Source: Lachnospiraceae bacterium
GTDB taxonomy: Bacteria; Bacillota; Clostridia; Lachnospirales; Lachnospiraceae
Reading direction: 5' to 3'
Assembly: GCA_015056765.1 (NCBI GenBank)
Contig: SVFQ01000009.1
Coordinates: 4,354-68,353 of the forward strand
DNA: 64,000 bases
The notes below the pieces were generated by a model that made no database searches, was not told the origin of the DNA, and saw nothing but the letters and a program-made list of their open reading frames with translations. The position numbers were made by a program, and so were the translations under genes. Below are positions 58,590-64,000 of this stretch, piece by piece. Every line of letters begins with the position of its first letter. The first letter of the stretch is position 1.

Positions 58590-59756
58590 ATGGCACTCCT
58601 AAACAACGAGCAAGTAGCAAGCCAAATTGGGGATTTTGTAGAAAATGCCGTAGGCAAAAGTCTCTCAAGGCCCCATCGAAAGCCTCCCGTTTTGGGACCC
58701 AAGCCCAGGAAAAACACTTGGTATCGAGTGCCCATCGAGAAGGGGCTTTCCGGCGATGGTAGCGAATATCACATCTATGTCAGCAAAGGCACCAGTGATA
58801 AGCTATGCATCATCCTTTCCGGCGGTGGTGTAGCCTGGAACGACTTCACCGCAGCCAGACCGGTTACAGGTGGTCGTGTGGCAGCAGGACTTCCCAACTA
58901 CTATTGGAATAACCTGCGCCCCTTTACTCAGATTATGAATATCCATATCGGCATCACCGATAAGCGGAATCCCTTGAACCCGTTCTCCGACTGGAACTTT
59001 GTAGTCATCACCTACTCCACCGGAGACTTCCATGTGGGCCAGGGTGCTATGTCCTACGTGGATGAAGAGGGAAAGGATGCCACGCTGCATTTTCATGGCT
59101 ATGAGAATTTTAGAGAAAGTATGAAGGTAGCAAAGAAGCTTTTCCCCAATCCTTCTCAGATTCTCCTTGCAGGAAATTCTGCCGGCGCTTTCGCGGTACC
59201 GGCTTTGGCTCCTGACGTAAAAGAAGACTTCTATCCGGACTGCCAGAGCATTACGCTTTTTTCTGACAGCGGTCAGCTTCTATATGCAGATTGGGCAAAA
59301 ACAGCCAGAGATTTGTGGCATGCCAAGGAAGAGATTGTAGCTCCACTATGCTCAGATAATATTACTTTAGATTGGTATCGGGATTTATACAGACGATACG
59401 GAGATGCCTTTCAATATCTCTACGGTAGCAGCATCAGAGACTATTTACTCAGCACTTACTATAATGACATGGCCCACAAAACCTACGGCACTAACAGCGA
59501 AGTGCAGGAGATTTTTTACCAACAGTTATGCACCATGGTAAAGGAATTAAAAGAACTTAATCCACATTTCACCATGTACTTATACAACATGACAATTCCG
59601 GGCATCACCCAAGGCGGTACCGTACATACTGCTCTAAAAGAACTGTACTTTACCACCATGAAATCCGATGGTGTCACCATGGCCAAGTGGCTGCACGATG
59701 CTACCGAAGGGAACCTATACGATGTCGGATTGTCTCTTTTGGATTCTGAACATTAG
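58590..59756 (+). CDS. Pectin-acetylesterase (PAE/Notum)-like serine esterase, cytoplasmic
   Basis: ILSGGGVAWND, YSTGDFHVG and LLAGNSAGAFA (GxSxG) parallel the PAE-family blocks. No signal peptide. Confidence 0.55.
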   Translation: MALLNNEQVASQIGDFVENAVGKSLSRPHRKPPVLGPKPRKNTWYRVPIEKGLSGDGSEYHIYVSKGTSDKLCIILSGGGVAWNDFTAARPVTGGRVAAGLPNYYWNNLRPFTQIMNIHIGITDKRNPLNPFSDWNFVVITYSTGDFHVGQGAMSYVDEEGKDATLHFHGYENFRESMKVAKKLFPNPSQILLAGNSAGAFAVPALAPDVKEDFYPDCQSITLFSDSGQLLYADWAKTARDLWHAKEEIVAPLCSDNITLDWYRDLYRRYGDAFQYLYGSSIRDYLLSTYYNDMAHKTYGTNSEVQEIFYQQLCTMVKELKELNPHFTMYLYNMTIPGITQGGTVHTALKELYFTTMKSDGVTMAKWLHDATEGNLYDVGLSLLDSEH

Positions 59757-59767
59757 AAAAGCAGGAA

Positions 59768-59798
59768 GGGATGCTGCCAATGTCTGAAACAGCATCCC
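59768..59798. terminator. Hairpin between convergent esterase and fruK genes
   Basis: GGGATGCTG-N13-CAGCATCCC. Confidence 0.5.
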
Positions 59799-59839
59799 TA
59801 AGGAATGAAGGACACATCTTATGATGTGGGTGTTGGTAA

Positions 59840-60748
59840 TTATAGATTCTGAAGAAGTGCATCCACTTCTTCTTTGGTAGCCAAATTGGAAGAAAATGCG
59901 CTGGCGCTACCGGCAGCTTGTCCCATACGGAAAGCCTGTTCCATATCTCCGTCAGAAAGTAGATAACCTGCTACAAATCCGGCCACCATACTATCTCCGG
60001 CGCCTACGGTATTCACAACCTTTCCCCGAATAGCTTCCGCTTTATAGACTTCGCCCTTTTCGCTTACCAGCACAGAGCCTTCGCCACCCATGGATACCAG
60101 CACATTTCTGGCACCTTCTTCTTGTAATTTCTTCGCATATTTCACCACGTCCTCTTTATCGGTGATTTGCACACCGTATAATTCCCCAAGTTCATGATGA
60201 TTTGGTTTGATTAAGAAAGGATGATAAGGCAGTACTTTGCGCAATAACTCTCCCGTAGCATCTACTACGGTGTGAATGTTTTTGCCTTCCACTTTGTGAA
60301 GCAGCTTCTCGTACATATCTGCAGGTAGGCAGCCGGGAATACTGCCGGAGATAATCAGTGTATCTCCTTCCTGTAAAGCAGAAAGCTTCTCTTCTAACTG
60401 AAGTATCTGCGGTTCTGTAATCAATGGCCCCTGTCCGTTGATTTCTGTTGCTTCATCTCCGGACATCATTTTGACATTGATTCTGGTATTGCCATCCTGT
60501 GCCTTGATAAAATCCGTTTTACATCCAAAGGCTTCAATTCTACGCATCAATTCCTCTCCGGTAAATCCGGCCACAAATCCTAAAGCACAAGAATCGATTC
60601 CCAGATTTCCCAGTACAATGGATACGTTGATGCCCTTGCCTCCCGGCAGCATCATTTCAGAAGCGGTACGATTCACAGCTCCTGCCTGGAAACCATCCAC
60701 AGTGACGATATAATCCAAGGATGGATTGAATGTTACGGTATAAATCAT
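59840..60748 (-). CDS. fruK: 1-phosphofructokinase (PfkB family)
   Basis: MIYTVTFNPSLDY N-terminus, GKGINVS and GAGDSMVAG motifs. Start at M33 with RBS AAGGAG. Confidence 0.8.
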   Translation of the reverse strand: MIYTVTFNPSLDYIVTVDGFQAGAVNRTASEMMLPGGKGINVSIVLGNLGIDSCALGFVAGFTGEELMRRIEAFGCKTDFIKAQDGNTRINVKMMSGDEATEINGQGPLITEPQILQLEEKLSALQEGDTLIISGSIPGCLPADMYEKLLHKVEGKNIHTVVDATGELLRKVLPYHPFLIKPNHHELGELYGVQITDKEDVVKYAKKLQEEGARNVLVSMGGEGSVLVSEKGEVYKAEAIRGKVVNTVGAGDSMVAGFVAGYLLSDGDMEQAFRMGQAAGSASAFSSNLATKEEVDALLQNL

Positions 60749-60854
60749 TTCTGTCTCCTTAAAATCTACACGTTCACAATCAAACGTCTCAAAAATCTTC
60801 TTTGAGTATACACCAATTCCTGACTGCTTTTCGAGTGACATCAAGTTTATCCTT

Positions 60855-60891
60855 TTTTTAGAAAATAGGGGGATTTTTTCAGAAAATATGG
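60855..60891. repeat. Two direct repeats TTTTT(C)AGAAAATA(G/T)GG, 21 bp apart, in the fruK/pckA divergent region
   Basis: AGAAAATA occurs at 60860-60867 and 60881-60888. The second copy abuts the -35 position of a TATAAT box at 60914-60919. Confidence 0.5.
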
Positions 60892-61022
60892 ATGATTTTC
60901 TCGATAAATCATGTATAATGTAGGGTGTGATATCCTTTTAACAAGGTATCCAAATGTGCTTTCACGAATGGGGTTTCCCATTTGGAAACAATAGAAAATC
61001 AAAGAAAGAAAGAGGTAGAGAA

Positions 61023-62636
61023 ATGGCAAACATCGATTTAACCAAGTACGGCATTACCGGTACTACTGAAATTGTTTACAACCCATCCTACGAAGATCTG
61101 TACACTGAGGAGATGAAATCCTCTCTGGAAGGATATGAAAAAGGACAGGAGACTGAGCTTGGTGCAGTGAACGTTATGACCGGCATCTACACAGGTCGTT
61201 CTCCTAAAGACAAATACATTGTTATGGATGCAAACTCCAAAGACACTGTATGGTGGACCACTCCTGAATATCCAAATGATAACCATGAAATGTCTGAAGA
61301 CACATGGGCAAAAGTTAAAGAAATCGCAAAGAACGAACTTTGCAATAAGAGACTTTTCGTAGTTGACGCATTCTGCGGCGCTAACAAAGACTCCCGTATG
61401 GCAGTTCGTTTCATCGTAGAAGTAGCTTGGCAGGCACACTTCATCAAGAACATGTTCATCCAGCCTACAGCTGATGAGCTTGCTTCCTTCGAGCCAGACT
61501 TCGTCGTATACAACGCTTCCAAAGCAAAAGTAGAAAACTATAAAGAATTAGGCCTGAACTCTGAAACTTGTGTAGCATTCAACATCACAAGCCGTGAGCA
61601 GGTTATCATCAATACCTGGTATGGTGGTGAGATGAAGAAAGGTATGTTCTCCATGATGAACTACTACTTACCACTGAAAGGCATGGCTTCCATGCACTGC
61701 TCCGCTAACACCGATATGGATGGTAAGAACACAGCAATCTTCTTCGGTCTTTCCGGTACAGGTAAAACTACTCTTTCCACAGATCCAAAACGTCTCCTCA
61801 TCGGTGATGACGAGCACGGTTGGGACGACAACGGCGTATTCAACTTCGAAGGTGGTTGCTACGCAAAGGTTATCGGTCTGGATAAAGAATCTGAGCCAGA
61901 TATCTACAACGCAATCAAGAGAGATGCTCTTCTTGAGAACGTAACTGTAGCTGCTGATGGCAAGATTGATTTTGATGATAAGAGCGTAACCGAGAATACT
62001 CGTGTTTCCTATCCTATCAACCACATTGAAAACATTGTACAGAAAGTAAATCCTGTATCTGCAGGTCCAGATGCTAAGAACGTAATCTTCCTTTCCGCTG
62101 ATGCGTTCGGCGTACTGCCTCCAGTATCTATCCTGACTCCAGAGCAGACCAAATACTACTTCCTGTCCGGTTTCACAGCTAAACTTGCTGGTACAGAACG
62201 TGGTATTACAGAGCCTACACCTACCTTCTCCGCTTGCTTCGGCCAGGCATTCCTGGAACTGCATCCTACAAAATATGCAGAAGAGCTTGTTAAGAAAATG
62301 GAGAAATCCGGTGCAAAAGCTTACCTTGTAAACACAGGTTGGAACGGCACAGGCAAGAGAATCACCATCAAAGATACCCGTGGTATCATCGATGCTATCC
62401 TTTCCGGTGACATCAACAAAGCTCCTACTAAGAAGATCCCTATGTTCAACTTCGAAGTACCTACAGAGCTTCCTGGTGTAGATTCTGCAATCCTTGATCC
62501 TAGAGACACCTATGCTGATGCTTCCGAATGGGAAACAAAAGCAAAAGACCTGGCTGCAAGATTCAACAAGAACTTCGTAAAATATACAACAAACGAAGCT
62601 GGTAAAGCACTTGTATCCGCTGGTCCTCAGCTGTAA
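61023..62636 (+). CDS. pckA: Phosphoenolpyruvate carboxykinase (ATP)
   Basis: [11 protein letters not shown]..., [11 protein letters not shown] kinase-1a motif. 537 aa. RBS AGAGG upstream of the ATG at 61023. Confidence 0.95.
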   Translation: MANIDLTKYGITGTTEIVYNPSYEDLYTEEMKSSLEGYEKGQETELGAVNVMTGIYTGRSPKDKYIVMDANSKDTVWWTTPEYPNDNHEMSEDTWAKVKEIAKNELCNKRLFVVDAFCGANKDSRMAVRFIVEVAWQAHFIKNMFIQPTADELASFEPDFVVYNASKAKVENYKELGLNSETCVAFNITSREQVIINTWYGGEMKKGMFSMMNYYLPLKGMASMHCSANTDMDGKNTAIFFGLSGTGKTTLSTDPKRLLIGDDEHGWDDNGVFNFEGGCYAKVIGLDKESEPDIYNAIKRDALLENVTVAADGKIDFDDKSVTENTRVSYPINHIENIVQKVNPVSAGPDAKNVIFLSADAFGVLPPVSILTPEQTKYYFLSGFTAKLAGTERGITEPTPTFSACFGQAFLELHPTKYAEELVKKMEKSGAKAYLVNTGWNGTGKRITIKDTRGIIDAILSGDINKAPTKKIPMFNFEVPTELPGVDSAILDPRDTYADASEWETKAKDLAARFNKNFVKYTTNEAGKALVSAGPQL

Positions 62637-62654
62637 TTACATCTGTAACTCGAA

Positions 62655-62685
62655 AGAGCAACTGCAATGCAGTTGCTCTTTTTTA
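62655..62685 (+). terminator. pckA terminator
   Basis: AGAGCAACTGC-AAT-GCAGTTGCTCT followed by T6. Confidence 0.85.
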
Positions 62686-62699
62686 TTGCTATTCTGCTC

Positions 62700-62732
62700 A
62701 CAAAAAATGCCCCGGCTGATGCCGGGGCATTT
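62700..62732 (-). terminator. Terminator of the third chemoreceptor gene
   Basis: Minus strand reads AATGCCCCGGC-ATCA-GCCGGGGCATT followed by T6. Confidence 0.8.
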
Positions 62733-62743
62733 ATCCATTTGTA

Positions 62744-64000
62744 TTATGCTTCTGTATCGTCCTTGAAGAACTTCATTTCTTCATTCAACTTCTGTGCTAT
62801 ATCCTTCAGGCCGTTTGCCTCTCCTGCAAGAGTTGTAACAGTAGCGGACAGTTCTTCCATAGAAGCACCTGTCTCCTCTGAGCTTGCTGCGTTCTCCTGA
62901 GAGATTGCAGATAATGCGCTCATGGTATCTACTACAGCGTTCTTAGACTCATCGCAAGTATTTGCACCTTCACTGATAGACTGTACGCCATCTACCGTGC
63001 TTTCGATATCACCAATCATACCGGTGATGCTGGTGATGGTTTCACCAAGTGCGGACTGCTGGTCTGTATTGCCCTGACGTACATCTTCAGCTGCCTGTAC
63101 AGCCGCTTCAGCCTGTGCCAAAAGCACATCCATTTCTTTACGGATATCATCCGCCATCATTCTGGAGTCATCTGCCAGTTTACCGATTTCCTCAGCGACA
63201 ACTGCAAAGCCCTTACCGGCTTCACCTGCTCTGGCAGCCTCAATGGAGGCATTCAGAGACAGCAAGTTGGTCTGGCTTGCAATGTTGGCAATACCTTCTA
63301 CCTTGTCATTGATATTGCTTACTGCATTCTGTGTATTCTGAATAGTCTTTGATATCTCATCAATCTTGCTGGTCATATCAGCAGAGGACTTCTGCAGGCC
63401 TTCCAAGGATTTTCCTGAAGCTTCAGAAGCTTCCTTCATCTTACCAGCCAGGTTTTCCAGGTTATCAGATGCATTCTGTACATCCGTTACTGCATCACCA
63501 ATCTTGGATACATTCTCTGTAGCGGACTGAATCTCATCAGCCTGCTGCGTAGCACCGGTAGCGATTTCCTGTACAGCGTTACTTACATCTTCTGCTGTTC
63601 TGGAAATCTGATCAGCCATATCGGAAAGTTCACCGGAACTCTTTCCTACATTTGCTGCAGAAGCTTTGATATTTCCAACAATTGTACTTAATTCTTCAAT
63701 TACGGAATTGGCATCTCGTGAGATTTCTCCGAACTCATCCTTACGAGTATCGTGTTTATCTACTTTTATAAATCTGCCATCTGCCAGTTGGCGTAAAGTT
63801 GCACCCACAGCTTTGATAGGTTCTGTAAATGCTTTTGCCATCCAGAAAGAAACCAAAATTGCCGCAATCAGTGCAATAATTCCAATCAGAACTGTAATCG
63901 TGGCCGATCTTCTGGATGCAGCAAGTACCTTCTTTGAATCGCTGGCCGCAATGACACGATATCCGGATTTTTCTTCTAGAACATAATCTACATACGCTTC
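62744..64000 (-). CDS. Methyl-accepting chemotaxis protein, C-terminal 418 codons (5' end beyond the window)
   Basis: The frame stays open to position 64000 ([20 protein letters not shown]...TM...HAMP). It contains [24 protein letters not shown]. Confidence 0.85.
   Translation of the reverse strand, partial: EAYVDYVLEEKSGYRVIAASDSKKVLAASRRSATITVLIGIIALIAAILVSFWMAKAFTEPIKAVGATLRQLADGRFIKVDKHDTRKDEFGEISRDANSVIEELSTIVGNIKASAANVGKSSGELSDMADQISRTAEDVSNAVQEIATGATQQADEIQSATENVSKIGDAVTDVQNASDNLENLAGKMKEASEASGKSLEGLQKSSADMTSKIDEISKTIQNTQNAVSNINDKVEGIANIASQTNLLSLNASIEAARAGEAGKGFAVVAEEIGKLADDSRMMADDIRKEMDVLLAQAEAAVQAAEDVRQGNTDQQSALGETITSITGMIGDIESTVDGVQSISEGANTCDESKNAVVDTMSALSAISQENAASSEETGASMEELSATVTTLAGEANGLKDIAQKLNEEMKFFKDDTEA

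Noticed and set aside
60955-60966. cre-like (CcpA) half-site TGAAAGC in the pckA leader
   Set aside because: Only one half of the palindrome matches, and the partner half is absent.
1-64000. Scan for mobile elements, prophage, toxin-antitoxin or phage-defence systems
   Set aside because: I recognised no integrase, transposase, recombinase, terminal inverted repeats, restriction/modification, nuclease-helicase or Cas-like genes. Gene content is metabolic, signalling and housekeeping.

Overview
A 64-kb chromosomal segment of a low-GC Gram-positive anaerobe. Lipoprotein lipoboxes, an S-box riboswitch, pflBA, pckA, a clostripain-like protease and many chemoreceptor and c-di-GMP genes suggest a motile Lachnospiraceae-type Clostridia, but the taxon is inference only. 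I call 43 protein-coding genes, about 80% on the minus strand. I saw no rRNA, tRNA, CRISPR array, transposase, integrase, phage or recognisable defence genes, so this is core chromosome with metabolic and signalling islands rather than a mobile island.

Housekeeping genes: coaX (partial), birA, argF, an SPFH protein, a SleB-like hydrolase, a TrmH-like methyltransferase, pfkA, dnaE, an NCS2 nucleobase permease, SAM-I riboswitch plus metK, pflB-pflA, a thiE-like gene with deoD-deoB, fruK and pckA.

Things worth a second look:
1. A roughly 16.5-kb minus-strand locus (23.7-40.2 kb). It holds an extracellular lipoprotein of unassigned family, a GH94-type phosphorylase, a very divergent 1032-aa relative, an ATPase-less sugar ABC transporter, a second binding protein and a YesM/YesN-type two-component system. 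A shared promoter motif sits in front of all three predicted transcription units. The predicted function is phosphorolytic beta-glucan or oligosaccharide utilisation; the linkage type is unresolved.
2. A 61-bp tandem element in that locus, with two hairpins that share a loop sequence and differ by compensatory stem changes.
3. A tightly packed chemoreceptor, GGDEF, EAL, membrane C11 protease and C39-like peptidase run.
4. An uncharacterised cassette of an HxxxD acyltransferase, a Zn-ribbon membrane protein and a PAE-like esterase.
5. A Zn-ribbon/polytopic/TPM fusion protein with an internal signal-peptide-like start.
6. Six c-di-GMP turnover genes and three chemoreceptors in 64 kb, including a cytoplasmic LacI-type sugar-binding domain fused to GGDEF.

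All family assignments come from motif reading by eye and need HMM or structure confirmation.
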